The notes below the pieces were generated by a model. It saw only the letters and a list, made by a program, of their open reading frames with translations, was not told the DNA's origin and ran no database searches. Of a stretch of DNA of 64,000 nt, positions 20,752-32,500 are shown piece after piece. This stretch comes from a virus. The stretch spans positions 1 through 64,000 of the IMG/VR virus record IMGVR_UViG_3300047548_001261. The stretch is one strand, 5' to 3'. The first letter of the stretch is position 1, and the number at the start of each line of letters is the position of its first letter. The position numbers were made by a program, and so were the translations under genes.

Positions 20752-23700
20752 ATGGCCAACGAAGCACAAATAGATTTAGCCGTCGACGTAAATGTCCAGA
20801 TAAAAGAACTGAAACTGGACACAGAGAAGCTAACCAGCAAAATCAAAGCCGCAGTCGGTAGTTTAAAAGATATCCCGATAAGCCCTAAGCTGGCTACAGA
20901 TTTCAAAGAGTTGGATAAAGACGCCGCGAACCTTAGTAAAAAAGTCCAGGATGCGTTTGCGAAAATATCTAAACAAACCCCAGTCGCCCTTAACCTTGCG
21001 GAAAAACTTCGGAAAGAATTTCTATCCGGCGCAAATGCGGTGGACAAAGACGGTAATATTATCGGTAAGCAGCTACGAAGATTCATGTTGCAACAGCTGG
21101 AGTCGGTGCACGCATACGCGAATCTAGATAAGAAAAAGACATTGTGGGGGCAATTTGTCGATATAGAGGGGCAAAACATAGCTACTGCTAAGAAGATGCT
21201 GACGGACATGTCTACCAAGATGTCTGCGGAGGCGTCTAAGGTTACTGTCGCCCAGACACAAATGGCGCGGAGCCTGAATCAAGCTAGCGAATCACTAAAG
21301 CTGGGTATCGGTGCCGCAACAAACGGCATTTCTTCACAAGTATCCAAAACCATTTCCGATGTTAACTCGTTGGCGGAGGCTTTCAAATTCCTTGGGTTAA
21401 AGAATAAAGACAGGCAACTCCTCCTCGACCCTACGCCAACAGCGGAAAACTATGGTCGGTTGGTAAAAGTCCTGGAAGCGGCCAGAGAAAGGTACTTCAT
21501 TCTTGCTGCACAAGTCCATAACAATAAGAAGGCAGAAGAAGAGTTGGGGGTGTCCTCCGAGCAGGTTGCTGTTCACTTGGCAAAGGTTCGGGACGAGATC
21601 GACCGACAGCTCCCCAAGTACCGTGCCTTGGCGGAGGAGCAGGCACGGAAGGTAAAGTTGGACAAGGAGTTAGCGAACCAACAAGCAAGGCTACAGAAAG
21701 CCTTGTCAACAGTTACCGACTCCGGCACCAAGCCTTTGCGAGACCAGATCGAAGCCTATAACGAACTTCTCAGGATTCAAAGGGCGATCCGGGCAAACTC
21801 CGGCACCGACCTGGGGGTTAAATCTACCAGGGACACTCTTGCCCAGCTGAAACTTCAACTCAAGGCTACCGAGCAGATCGCCACCGCACAATCCTTAGTG
21901 GATAGAAGTGCCGACCTTGGGACTAGGGAACAAGCCGCTGCCAGAAGTAAACTCAACAACTTGTTGATCCAGTACAAGGACTTGTTGGCTGGGGACACTT
22001 CTGCGGAAGTCTCCGCGAGTAAGCAGGCTTTAGCAAGACTTGAAGAAAGATTGGCCAAGGAAAAGCAAATCGCGGCTGCGGAAGAACGTTTGGTTCAACT
22101 CACCGCCGCTAGAGCGAAAAGCAGCCTGTCAGACACCCAAACCCTCTTGCGGCTGAAGAAGGAAGAGTTCGACGTCACCCTTGCCTTGGAGAAAGCAAAA
22201 GGGCTTGGTAGGGACGGCTCCGCACAGGTTCTTAGAGAAGTCGAAGCGCTCAAGCAAAGACTGGCTACTGAGGAAAAAGAACTATCCACCCTGACCAAGC
22301 TGAAAGAAGCCAACAAAGAGCTTTACTTTAGGAGGAGCGCTACCGCCCCTTCAGCCTTAAATACCCAAAGGCTTGGGTCGGGTGCTCCAGCGCAGGCAAT
22401 GGGCGCACAGGAGTTTGCCAAGCTGAAATCATCTGTAGAAGCGTATTCTAAGGCAATTCAGCAAGCCCAGGACGGCGTGGCTCAGATGTCAGCGCGCGGA
22501 CTTCATTACGCCCTCGCGCTGACGGCTGCGTGGGAAAAGGACCGGGAGACTTTACTCGGAGTTATTGCCGTTCAAGAGCAACTTCAAAAAGCACAGGCCG
22601 CCACTCAACGAGTAGGCACTGCAAAAGGCAACGATGCCGCTAAGCTTATCGCCATGCGGGAAGAGGTTACTGCCCACCAAAGAATCGTTGATATTTTAGG
22701 TGTACAAGGTAGGGCACAGTCTGCCGTTGACCAAGCGACACTTGCCCACTCTCGTGCTAGGGTGTCTGCCTTACAAGGCGACATCGCAATGATTCGGCAA
22801 CAAGTCAATGAGACAAACAGGCTGGGGGAGTCATACACCTCCCTGTCGTCTGCTTTCAGGTCGTTCTTGCGGTATGCCGTGGAGATGGCAGCCTTCTATC
22901 AAGGGTTGTCTGCCTTCCAGGCTGCGGCTAAATCAGTTGTGGACCTTGAAGACGCCCTAAAAGGTGTCCAAGCCGTCGCCCGCGCAACTGACACGGAAAT
23001 GGAGAAGGTTGCTGCATCGGTAAAACGTGTCGCCATTGATACCGAGTTCTCGACCAACGACATAGCCGGTGCGGCCCAAACCTTATCCCAGGCGGGTGTT
23101 GGTATCGGCGAGATCGGGGAAGCCTTAGATGCAACCAGCTTGGCTGCATCTGCTACTGCGACATCGCTAGCAGTCACAGCGGACGTCTTGACAACGATGC
23201 ACAACGTCTTTAAAGACATGAGCTTCACAGAGATCGCTGATCAGATGACGTCAACGATCAACTTGTCAAAACTGACGGGGGCAGAGCTAAGCACGATCCT
23301 GAGCAGGGCTGTGGAGGTCTCAGATTCATTCCACATCATTCCGGCACAGATGAACGCAGCCTTTGCTGTGCTGAGAAACGCAGGTATCAAGGCAAGTACG
23401 ATCTCCACAGGGTATAGGGAATCCTTGCTGGAACTGTTCGCGCCTGACGCCAAGACACTTAGCTTCCTTGAGAAGAGGTATGCAGAGCTTGGGCAAACCT
23501 TATCGCAAGGAGCAATCGCGGAGTTGTTCCAAGGGTTTGCAAACTCCGCTGACCCTATTAGCGCAGTTACAGCAGAGTTGGATAAGCTTGGGTTCGCCAC
23601 ATCCGCCTCATCAGACTTTGCTCGTGTCTACAGTGTTCGGGCAAAGAACGTCCTGGACGTTTTAGTTAAGCAACGTGGTGAGTACGTAAATTTAACTACT

Positions 23701-26700
23701 CAAGTCGGGGCGCACGGCGCGGCAGCCAAAGGCTCTGCCACACAAATGGAAGCGTTAGGGAAGACCTGGGACAACCTTGGGTCTGTCATAACCGCAGTCG
23801 CTGCTAATGCTTTTGGCCCCGCTTTAGACCACCTACAAAAGTTAACGAAAGGGTTGTCGGATTTCATTGAACGTGGCGGTGAAGCTGCGGACACAATGAA
23901 GAAGGTCTCAGGGTCGTCAGGCACAGCTGTTGCCGGTTTGTCTGGACTTGCCTCACTAATGGCTACCATTCGAGGGGGAGGGGGTGCTCTTCGTGGGACC
24001 ACAGTCGGGCTAGGTGTCGCAGCCCTTGCACAAGGTGTGCAGGTGTTCGCTTCCGAATATATGGAAAAAATTCACACAGGCCTAGGAGAAGTGACAGCGA
24101 AAGCTGCTGAAGCTGCTGGACTTTTCTTTGCAGTACGGTCGGTCATACTGCGAAGAGACTTGTTGACGAGCTTAACAGGTATCTACACACAGTTAAGCAC
24201 AAGAATTCTTGCCGCAGGAGCTGTGGCGCAGTCGGCAAGAATTCTAGCCGGCGTGGACCCTGCTGCATCCGCAAGAGCAGGGGTAGCGAAAGGATCCGCA
24301 GCTGCGGCTTCCGCACAGGTGTTTATACAGTCCACATTCCTGGGGAGATTGGTAACTTTTTTCGACAAGGTAAAGGTAGCAATATTAAGCAACGGAGTGG
24401 TTCGGGCTTTAACCTTTACACCTTATGGCCGAATCATATCCGCTTCTGTCGCGGCTGTAGGCGCTTCCCTACTGTTCTTTAGAAAGGACGTTAACGAGCA
24501 GCTTAACGCGATCAATAATCAAATCGCAACCGCCGAAAACGCCCTCAAAAAGGCGACGACCATCCAGACAGACTTGGCTGCGGAAAAGGCTCAGAACCAA
24601 GACTTAAAGGCGGGTCTGGATGCTGTCCAAAAATCTGCTAAGGAGTATTTTGACCGCACCATTGATAACGCCAAAGGCAGGGCTCTAAATATCTCCGGCA
24701 TGCTGTCCAAGCTGCAAGGCGTGTCTACCGACCTCCAAGGCAGCCAGTTAGCCGGAGCCATTGACGAACTCCAAACAGAGTTTGGCGTACTATTCAACAG
24801 CACCTACAACATTGACCAGTTAATCGGAGAGATGAATGGTGCCAACGCAATCATGGCGAAAGCCGAAGGCGGTCGGCAAGCTTATTACCAAAAACTGATC
24901 GAGGCTTTCGAGGCGTATAACCCAGCCGACAAAACCAAAATCAACGAGAATGCACTTGTCGACGCTTTCCAAAAGTTAAGCGAGGCTCAGAAGGCGGTAA
25001 TCCTGAACGAGGTTAACACCCTTGACGAGGCTATCTTATTTCAACAAGCGTCAGAAACATTTGGGGAGCGGTTAAAGAAGGAAGTATTCGATAAGATTGA
25101 AGATGCCAAGGCTGACCTTGCCGCGAGAGAGGGCGAGGCTGTTAAGGTTATTTTGGACAAAGCTATTCAGGATAAATCTTTTGCCGGCGTCTATGCCAAA
25201 CTTCTCCAGGCGGTAAAGGAAGGAAACCGAGACTTGATTGACGTTTATATCGAGCAATTGCAACGGGTTAATGAGGAAAGTAAGAATAAGCTTGGGGACA
25301 ATGCGGAAGGGTGGTTGGCCGAGGTTTCAAGTTTCGGTTCACTGATAAAAGAAGACTTGGGTCTTGGGCTGTCTGCAATTGCGGAAGGATTTAAAAACGC
25401 CTTCAACAACCCTTTGGACGAGTTTTTTGCGGAATTAAAAAAACTCACAACAAACGAGTTAGGGAATATTATTCAGAGACAAGCGGACAAGATTTTGAAC
25501 GACCCTGTTGCGTTTTTTGCTGACCCCGCCAAGGCTATTGCCAAAAGCACCCTCTACAAAAAACCTGACACCAAAGGAGAAGTCCCTCAAGAAGCTTTCG
25601 ACGCTGCAAATCTGTACAAAGAACAGGCACTTGCCAATGCCATAAGTAAAGCGAAATCCACGACTACTTCCCAGGCCGCAATTGCAGGGGATCAAGCCGG
25701 CAGGTTAGCGCGATCTCTAACCCCGGAAAGAAGAAAAGAGCTGGAGATTCTTGACGAAACCATTGCTGTACAAGCCAAATCAATCGAGGAACAGCTTAAG
25801 AACGTCGATAAGGAGTGGACGACATTCTATGAGGAAACTTTCAAGACCAATAAGTCTGCAAAGGATATCCAAGACATACTGAAAAGAACCGTTGCAGCTA
25901 AAAAAGATACCCCAGAACTATTCATCAAGGAACTGGCGTCTATCGAGGAGCGAGTCAAGATTGAGGCTGCAGCGCAAGTTGCGGCAAAGGAGTCCGCGCA
26001 ACTGGCCGATGACCACTTACAAGCGTCCAGAGCGCTGGTAGATTCCACGCAAAGGATGTACGAAGAAAAGAAAACCGCTGACCCTGCCAGAGCCGCAATC
26101 CTGCAGGAGAGGATAGACGCCCAGCTTGCTAAACAAGGTTTGGAGCAGGAAGAAGTAGCGAAGGCTATCGAGACCAACAAGGTTGACCTAACAAAGTTAA
26201 ACATCCATGTAGCCAGCACTGCGGTCTCAGCGGAGGAGATGGAGAAAGAGTACAAAGAGCTTAAACAAAAGAGTTCGGCGACAACCTCCGCTATGGACAA
26301 ACTGACCAGAGCTCGGGAAGCAGCCTTTGCGTCGGGCAATGCCCAGTATATTTTGGATAACGACGTTGACCAAAATATTTACAACTTAAAAGTTAAGTCT
26401 TTGGAGCCTTTACGGGCAGCTTCCAAGACTGCTCTGTTTCGTATGGAGCGTATCCCTGAATCCCTTCGTGCGGTTGAAGAGTCTTATGAAGGTATCTCCC
26501 AATTTTTTGAAACAGGAGAAGGGGCAAAGTTTCTACAAGACCATGCTGACGCCGGCAAACGCCTAGAGGTTTTAAACGAGGTTAACAAAACTTTAGCCGA
26601 CGCTGGGTTGGATTTGGCGGAGAAACAATCAACCCTGGCGAACGTTCTCGCTGAACAATCGCTTAAAAATTCTACGGAAAAGGCTTTAGCGAACAAGGCG

Positions 26701-28566
26701 GTTTTAGATCGGGAACAGGCACTGGCTAATATAAACGACCCTGTTAAGGCGGAGATCGCTAAAGACACGACTGAGATCGAGACTGCCAAAGAACTGGTGG
26801 CTTTGCAGGATATAGCCAACAAAGCTCGCGTTGCCGGGTATGAGGCTGCGATCGCTAAAGCTGAGAAGTTAAAAGGAGTGGAAGCATCCACAGTTAAACT
26901 CTCTGTAACCAAGCAGCAAATCACGGATTTAGAAACCCTACGGACTGCCCACCGGCAGACGTACGAGCAAATGCGCGACGTTGAGCTGAAGCATGCCCAG
27001 GCTGCGGAAGCGATCGAGACACAACTTTTCTCTCAGAAGCGTGGGCAGTTGGAGTTCTTGAGGGGGATTGAGTCCCAAGGTCTCAGCGAGTATCAGCAGC
27101 TACAGAAGGCAAAATCCAATGCAGCTAAAGACGCTTCAGAGGCAAGAACTCTACTTGCAAAAGGAGAGTATGTTCAAGGTAAACAGCTTCTCGAATCGGC
27201 GATCAAGGAACAAGAAACTATTGTACAAACTACTGCCCAAGCCAAGGGCGAGGGTTTATCTGGGCAAAAGTCCCGGCTTAAAGGTTTGTACCAGGAGAAC
27301 AACAAACTTCTCGAAGGCGAGATCGCTCTCCACAAACAGGCCGAAGCCGCTGCCAAGCAAGCAGCTGATCAACAGTTGTCGGCCATTCAAGGGTTAACGA
27401 CAGCTATCGAAACGCTCAACACAACTCTTGCCGGGATTAAGGTTGGCGCCCAAAATGCCGCCAAAGAGGTTACTGGGCTGGATCAGGCAGCCCAAGGTTT
27501 GGCTGAGAACGCAGACATCAAGCTAAACTTCAATGTCGAGTCTGCCAGACAAGGTTTAGCTGCGATTCTGGAAGGTGTCCGCCAAGTTGCCAAAGAATCC
27601 CAGACCCCTGAAGAATTACAGTTGTCTGTAGGGAGAGCCAGAGAAAGCATTGCGGCTTTGCGCGAGCAGTTCCTGGCTTATGCAAGAGACGCCAATACAC
27701 CTATTGCCGCACAGGAAACTGTCGGGAAGGCCCTGGGCCAGCTTACTGACCTTGATACATCGGTGGCGGCTGCCGGGGAAGGGCAACCTTCTAAACAAGC
27801 CCTTGCTGGTTTTGGCTCTCAACTGGCGGCGATCAAAGGGTACATCGAAGAAATCGAGACCTCCCTTCAAAGCTTGCCACAAGACGTGGCCCCGGCTGTT
27901 CAGGTAGACCCAACCCAGGCGGTCCAAGCCACCGACGAAATTCAGGCAGCCATCGACGGCATAACCGGTAAAGAAGTTGAAGTTATTGTCAACAAAGTTG
28001 TTAAAGGGGGTAACGCTTACAGCAACGTGCCCGAAGAGCCTTTGCCAGAATTTGCCCAAGGCGGCCTAGTCTCCGCAAAGGTCTCCAACAACGAGTACCA
28101 AATGCCTCCTGAGACCGTCAAAGCGGTCGGCACCGGCTACTTATCCAGCTTAGGGGAAATCTCGCAGCCAGGGTTGATTAAGGGGCCAGGATCGGGCACT
28201 TCCGACTCAATCCACAGGAGCATCCCAGAGAACTCTTTCATCATCCCTGCGAAGGTTGTAGATAAGTTGGGGGTGCCTTTCCTGGACAAAATAAGGCAAG
28301 GGCATAGACCAATCTTGCGGGCAGCAGGGGGGCTGATTTCTGACATGCGCGGAATAAATTTTGACCCGTCTATCGTAGCGCAAGTGCCCCCCATAGACCT
28401 GAAGATGCCACCCTTGCCGCAAGCAAAGTCAACGGCTCCGCTACAACATGTGACGTTTAATGTGGGGGGCGCAACCATCGCCGCCCAAGCCCCTGCAGAT
28501 GCGGTTGCAGATTTCCAATCGGCACTCAGATTACAAGCTTTGAAGGCTGGGCGTAAAGTAGTATGA
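20752..28566 (+). CDS. tape measure protein (TP901-type core)
   Basis: ~2600 aa, Ala/Leu/Glu/Lys-rich; 'TEFSTNDIAGAAQTLSQAG', 'LRNAGIKASTISTG'; C-terminal 'FAQGG...GPGSGTSDSI'. Confidence 0.92.
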   Translation: MANEAQIDLAVDVNVQIKELKLDTEKLTSKIKAAVGSLKDIPISPKLATDFKELDKDAANLSKKVQDAFAKISKQTPVALNLAEKLRKEFLSGANAVDKDGNIIGKQLRRFMLQQLESVHAYANLDKKKTLWGQFVDIEGQNIATAKKMLTDMSTKMSAEASKVTVAQTQMARSLNQASESLKLGIGAATNGISSQVSKTISDVNSLAEAFKFLGLKNKDRQLLLDPTPTAENYGRLVKVLEAARERYFILAAQVHNNKKAEEELGVSSEQVAVHLAKVRDEIDRQLPKYRALAEEQARKVKLDKELANQQARLQKALSTVTDSGTKPLRDQIEAYNELLRIQRAIRANSGTDLGVKSTRDTLAQLKLQLKATEQIATAQSLVDRSADLGTREQAAARSKLNNLLIQYKDLLAGDTSAEVSASKQALARLEERLAKEKQIAAAEERLVQLTAARAKSSLSDTQTLLRLKKEEFDVTLALEKAKGLGRDGSAQVLREVEALKQRLATEEKELSTLTKLKEANKELYFRRSATAPSALNTQRLGSGAPAQAMGAQEFAKLKSSVEAYSKAIQQAQDGVAQMSARGLHYALALTAAWEKDRETLLGVIAVQEQLQKAQAATQRVGTAKGNDAAKLIAMREEVTAHQRIVDILGVQGRAQSAVDQATLAHSRARVSALQGDIAMIRQQVNETNRLGESYTSLSSAFRSFLRYAVEMAAFYQGLSAFQAAAKSVVDLEDALKGVQAVARATDTEMEKVAASVKRVAIDTEFSTNDIAGAAQTLSQAGVGIGEIGEALDATSLAASATATSLAVTADVLTTMHNVFKDMSFTEIADQMTSTINLSKLTGAELSTILSRAVEVSDSFHIIPAQMNAAFAVLRNAGIKASTISTGYRESLLELFAPDAKTLSFLEKRYAELGQTLSQGAIAELFQGFANSADPISAVTAELDKLGFATSASSDFARVYSVRAKNVLDVLVKQRGEYVNLTTQVGAHGAAAKGSATQMEALGKTWDNLGSVITAVAANAFGPALDHLQKLTKGLSDFIERGGEAADTMKKVSGSSGTAVAGLSGLASLMATIRGGGGALRGTTVGLGVAALAQGVQVFASEYMEKIHTGLGEVTAKAAEAAGLFFAVRSVILRRDLLTSLTGIYTQLSTRILAAGAVAQSARILAGVDPAASARAGVAKGSAAAASAQVFIQSTFLGRLVTFFDKVKVAILSNGVVRALTFTPYGRIISASVAAVGASLLFFRKDVNEQLNAINNQIATAENALKKATTIQTDLAAEKAQNQDLKAGLDAVQKSAKEYFDRTIDNAKGRALNISGMLSKLQGVSTDLQGSQLAGAIDELQTEFGVLFNSTYNIDQLIGEMNGANAIMAKAEGGRQAYYQKLIEAFEAYNPADKTKINENALVDAFQKLSEAQKAVILNEVNTLDEAILFQQASETFGERLKKEVFDKIEDAKADLAAREGEAVKVILDKAIQDKSFAGVYAKLLQAVKEGNRDLIDVYIEQLQRVNEESKNKLGDNAEGWLAEVSSFGSLIKEDLGLGLSAIAEGFKNAFNNPLDEFFAELKKLTTNELGNIIQRQADKILNDPVAFFADPAKAIAKSTLYKKPDTKGEVPQEAFDAANLYKEQALANAISKAKSTTTSQAAIAGDQAGRLARSLTPERRKELEILDETIAVQAKSIEEQLKNVDKEWTTFYEETFKTNKSAKDIQDILKRTVAAKKDTPELFIKELASIEERVKIEAAAQVAAKESAQLADDHLQASRALVDSTQRMYEEKKTADPARAAILQERIDAQLAKQGLEQEEVAKAIETNKVDLTKLNIHVASTAVSAEEMEKEYKELKQKSSATTSAMDKLTRAREAAFASGNAQYILDNDVDQNIYNLKVKSLEPLRAASKTALFRMERIPESLRAVEESYEGISQFFETGEGAKFLQDHADAGKRLEVLNEVNKTLADAGLDLAEKQSTLANVLAEQSLKNSTEKALANKAVLDREQALANINDPVKAEIAKDTTEIETAKELVALQDIANKARVAGYEAAIAKAEKLKGVEASTVKLSVTKQQITDLETLRTAHRQTYEQMRDVELKHAQAAEAIETQLFSQKRGQLEFLRGIESQGLSEYQQLQKAKSNAAKDASEARTLLAKGEYVQGKQLLESAIKEQETIVQTTAQAKGEGLSGQKSRLKGLYQENNKLLEGEIALHKQAEAAAKQAADQQLSAIQGLTTAIETLNTTLAGIKVGAQNAAKEVTGLDQAAQGLAENADIKLNFNVESARQGLAAILEGVRQVAKESQTPEELQLSVGRARESIAALREQFLAYARDANTPIAAQETVGKALGQLTDLDTSVAAAGEGQPSKQALAGFGSQLAAIKGYIEEIETSLQSLPQDVAPAVQVDPTQAVQATDEIQAAIDGITGKEVEVIVNKVVKGGNAYSNVPEEPLPEFAQGGLVSAKVSNNEYQMPPETVKAVGTGYLSSLGEISQPGLIKGPGSGTSDSIHRSIPENSFIIPAKVVDKLGVPFLDKIRQGHRPILRAAGGLISDMRGINFDPSIVAQVPPIDLKMPPLPQAKSTAPLQHVTFNVGGATIAAQAPADAVADFQSALRLQALKAGRKVV

Positions 28567-28591
28567 TGACAACAACTTATCTGAGAACCCT

Positions 28592-29134
28592 ATGAGCGAT
28601 ATTGAATACCTAACAAGGTGGATGGAACTATCGGACGGGACTTTGTCTTGTCGAACGACTCTTTACGAAGCCATGAGGTTTAACCAATCCTACGAACCCT
28701 TCGGCGGGTCATCTGTGCATCGGATGATGAATGGCGCGGCGGCAAAGCAAACAAACTGGCAACGGCTGCGTACCACAATGTCCGGCAGCGGAGGCATACC
28801 TTTGGGGCTTGTGGACTTGGACTATTCAAAACCCCTTCTGCTTAAGTGCGGAGTGCCCAGGATGATTACAAGGCCTGCGGCAGGGTTCAATATTAACGTA
28901 GGCATCCCGCTACCCGCCGCCCGCAGAACCGACGGGCTTTATGCTCCGGAGTATATGCAACTGATAGGTGGGTTGTGGAGCAAAATCGTGGGCGGGGTTG
29001 TGAGCGGAAGTGCGACAAGAATCGGGGCGGTGTATTACCCTCAGTTCAATTGTTTTGCGGAGGCCCCAAAAGAAACTTATTCGTGGGATGAGGGGTTGCC
29101 TTCGTCCTGGACACTTGAAGCAGAGGAAATATAA
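28592..29134 (+). CDS. putative distal tail protein
   Basis: Follows the tape measure; ends WTLEAEEI. Confidence 0.65.
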   Translation: MSDIEYLTRWMELSDGTLSCRTTLYEAMRFNQSYEPFGGSSVHRMMNGAAAKQTNWQRLRTTMSGSGGIPLGLVDLDYSKPLLLKCGVPRMITRPAAGFNINVGIPLPAARRTDGLYAPEYMQLIGGLWSKIVGGVVSGSATRIGAVYYPQFNCFAEAPKETYSWDEGLPSSWTLEAEEI

Positions 29135-29536
29135 ATGGCTGGAATATTGCCGAACGAGGGCGAAGCCCTTATCGCACAATGGTTGTGCGGGAATGTTGTA
29201 ACTGATAAAGGTACAGATTTAGAGTTGGGGTTATTTACTAATTCCTCGATCTCGGAAACGACCACTCACGCTACGCTGACGGAGCCTACAGGAGGTGGGT
29301 ATGCACGAATCAATCTAACCGACGCTTCCTGGACGGGCGCTGCAGATACCCGAAGTTACGCAGAACAAACTTTCACAGCTACCGGGTCGGCTATGACTGG
29401 GGCTGTGTACGGCGCATTTGTCTGTACTAAGGGTGCAACTAAGCGCATCATTTCCATCGAACTCAACCCTGCAGGGTCGGTAACCCTTGCAATGGGCGAC
29501 TCATATAAAGTAACGCCCACTATCGTCGTCGCGTAA
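29135..29536 (+). CDS. tail-tip structural protein
   Basis: 'LELGLFT...TEPTGGGYARI' motif typical of small tail proteins. Confidence 0.65.
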   Translation: MAGILPNEGEALIAQWLCGNVVTDKGTDLELGLFTNSSISETTTHATLTEPTGGGYARINLTDASWTGAADTRSYAEQTFTATGSAMTGAVYGAFVCTKGATKRIISIELNPAGSVTLAMGDSYKVTPTIVVA

Positions 29537-29545
29537 GAGGTTTCG

Positions 29546-32500
29546 GTGGCAAACCAATTCCTCAACCCTGGGTTTGAGACAACAGGCTTAACGAACTGGA
29601 CGTTAGCTGGGACGAATAGCGCGACGAAGATAACCAACGTCACTACGGCTACTTTCTCCCCGGTTACCTACACTGCAAAAGTCGGATCAAGGTTTTGCAG
29701 GATGTCTGACGACGTTCAATCTAACTTGACGGGTCAGACACTGAGCCAAAGCAGGGCGCTCCTTGCAGGGGAGATTGTTACTGCTTGGTACGCTTTCATC
29801 TGGCTTTCAGCGAAGTCTAACAGCGTCTTCAGGCATGAGTACGTCACCATAACGATAAAACAAGGCAGCACAGTAATTGCAACGCCTGTTGACATCGATA
29901 GCTACCGGGACAATATTCCTGATAACGACCGAGGGCCTTGGAAAAGGTTCATGTGGGTTGTCCCTTCTTCCGGCACTTACACAGTTGAGTTCAAGATTTG
30001 GCACACTTCGTCTAACGCGGGTGGCGGACACCTACTTGTCGATGACCTCACAGTGCTCGATGCCGGCCAATGGTTTTTGGACTCGTCTACAAGCATACCT
30101 GTATCTAGTAACCTTTACCCTACAAGAGAGCAGTTTTACAACAAAAGTTTTGAACTCGGTTCCGGGAGTGGGTGGGTTTTAGAATCTCCACCGTGGGCTT
30201 CAGAATCTCCATTTCGCTCGGGGGGGCCTTCCTATGGGACCCCACAGACTTCGGCAAGCATCACTGTCTACCGGTATAACACAAGCACCCCTATTGCGAC
30301 CTACACACCTAAATCCGGGGCGTATTTGGGATACTTCAGCAGCGGGTGGGGCATAGACGTAGCGACGAGACGGCTTTGGCATACAGGTTATTTAAGCGCT
30401 GGACAGGTAATCTCTTGGTGGCAGGCCTTTGTCTGGCAAGGTGCCGGGGCCGCCTACGTCGAATACCTTTCAGTTAAGATTAAGCAATTAGGTGTCGTGG
30501 TCGACACAGTTCTCACTTGGGACACCCTAACTGCAGGAGTCGCGGATTATTACGCAAGCCCTTGGGAATTGTTGAGTTGGTCCGCGCCCTCCAGCGGGAT
30601 GTATACAATAGAGTTTGAACTCTCCCACCCGTCGGCAGACGCAACAGGAAGTACACTCCTTGTAGACGGGTTATACATCACGGACGCTAACACGTTCCCA
30701 TTACAGCCGTTTGAAGGTACAACGCTCAATGTGACGTCTTCTTTGCCTGTCGTTTACTCAAATTTTTATAACCCAGGCTTCGAGAATTCGACACCGTTCG
30801 GGTGGGAAAAGGTTTTCAGCAATACGAGCTGGTTGGGTGCATTTTCCAATGTCCAGGGGTTGCTACCAAAGTCTGGAGATTGGTTTCTCCAGCTAGGTGA
30901 CCCAAATGGATCGGTGCCCGACGGTACTGTTTTTGTTAGGCAGACTGTCACAGTTCCAGTAGGGAAAGCTATCTCAGGGTGGTTTACTTGTGGAGGGTGG
31001 GTATACGCTGCTGGTACGGCGGAGATTGTGATAAAGCAAGGCTCCACAGTTGTTGCCACACTCTTCTCTTACCATTGCACCACTATTTATACAGGTGACT
31101 TCCAGTGGTTTATCGGGCAGGTCTGGTTGCCCTTCTATTGGGTATCCCCTGCCACTGATACTTACACCCTTGAATTCAGAATAATTCGGGATGTACCTGA
31201 TAACTCTACCGGCACATATATCAGTCTTTTCGCTGACGACGTTAAGATTTCTGACCCGTTTTTTCCGGAATCCATTACAGTTGTAAAGGTCAATAGTGCG
31301 CACTCGTTTGCTGTTGTCCGGACCATACAGTTTTTAAATGGGGGTTTTGAGACCGGAACCAGCTCTGGGTGGGCTAAGTCCGGTAGCGGAACTGCAACCT
31401 ATAATAATACGTCCTACGTTGGGTCACAACAAACATACTTTCCGGTTGCAGGGACATATTTTGCAAGGATAGCAGACGCTAACAACACAGGTACGACAGG
31501 CACAACTTTAGTAACGCAAAGCAAAAGTTTGCTTGCCGGGCAGATCGTTACAGGTTGGTACGCCTTTAGGTGGGAGAATGCCTCCGTAAAAGGCGCTGTC
31601 TTAATCACGATAAAGCAAGGTTCGACGGTAATCGCAACGGTCGTCTCAGTCAACACGTCCGCAGAATTAACCTTCCCCGTAGAGTACCCTTGGACACAAT
31701 TCTCTTGGACGGTGCCCGCCGACGGAACATACACGGTTAATTATAAACTCTCTCAGTTTTCCCCAACCACTGCAACAGGCGGCCAACTCCTAGTTGATGA
31801 GCTTGTGGTATCCCCTCCTGTGGGAACCGTTAATCTAGTAGGGACTACAATAACAGTAGGGTCAGAACTAACCCAACTCCATGTGCCTTATGTACCTACC
31901 CTCGATATGAGTACAGTGGTGACTATCCTATCGAGTCTCACGCCGAGAGTTACAAGTCGCACAGTTTCGACGCAGATTACGGTAGTACCATCGAACACCT
32001 TTGCTGTGGTTCCGCATCTTGCTTACACGCCAGCTATCCCCGTACAGGTTTCTGTCTTGCCGATTAACCTTCGGCCAAGCATAGACATCGTCTTTCGAGT
32101 ATTTGAAACTTACTCGCTCGAAATAGGCGTGGTTTTTGACGTCACCGTCACAACTTATTCGCCAACCATCCCGGTTTCGTTCGTTGTTTATGAAACGTAC
32201 CAACCCACCATAACGACGCGTATAACAGTTTTCCCAACATTCACGGATGGCATTGGCGCACAAGGTGTCGGTGGACAAGTTGCCCTGACCACAGCCTCGG
32301 GGGGTACGGACGTTGTTCCTTACGCCCCACCGTCAGCACCGCCGATGGCCGAGCCGGAAGTCCCTTTAAGTATCGAAGGGTTGGCAATTTCCTGGAGACT
32401 TTCAGTATCCCTAAACGGCATAGACATTTCCGCAAGGTTAACCGGTGGCGTATCCATTGACCAGGAAGAGAGTGCGGCAGCTGTGGCTGTGTTCTCGATT

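Noticed and set aside
20736-28478. Many antisense ORFs across the tape measure and other long genes
   Set aside because: Shadow ORFs caused by codon bias; no motifs or RBS
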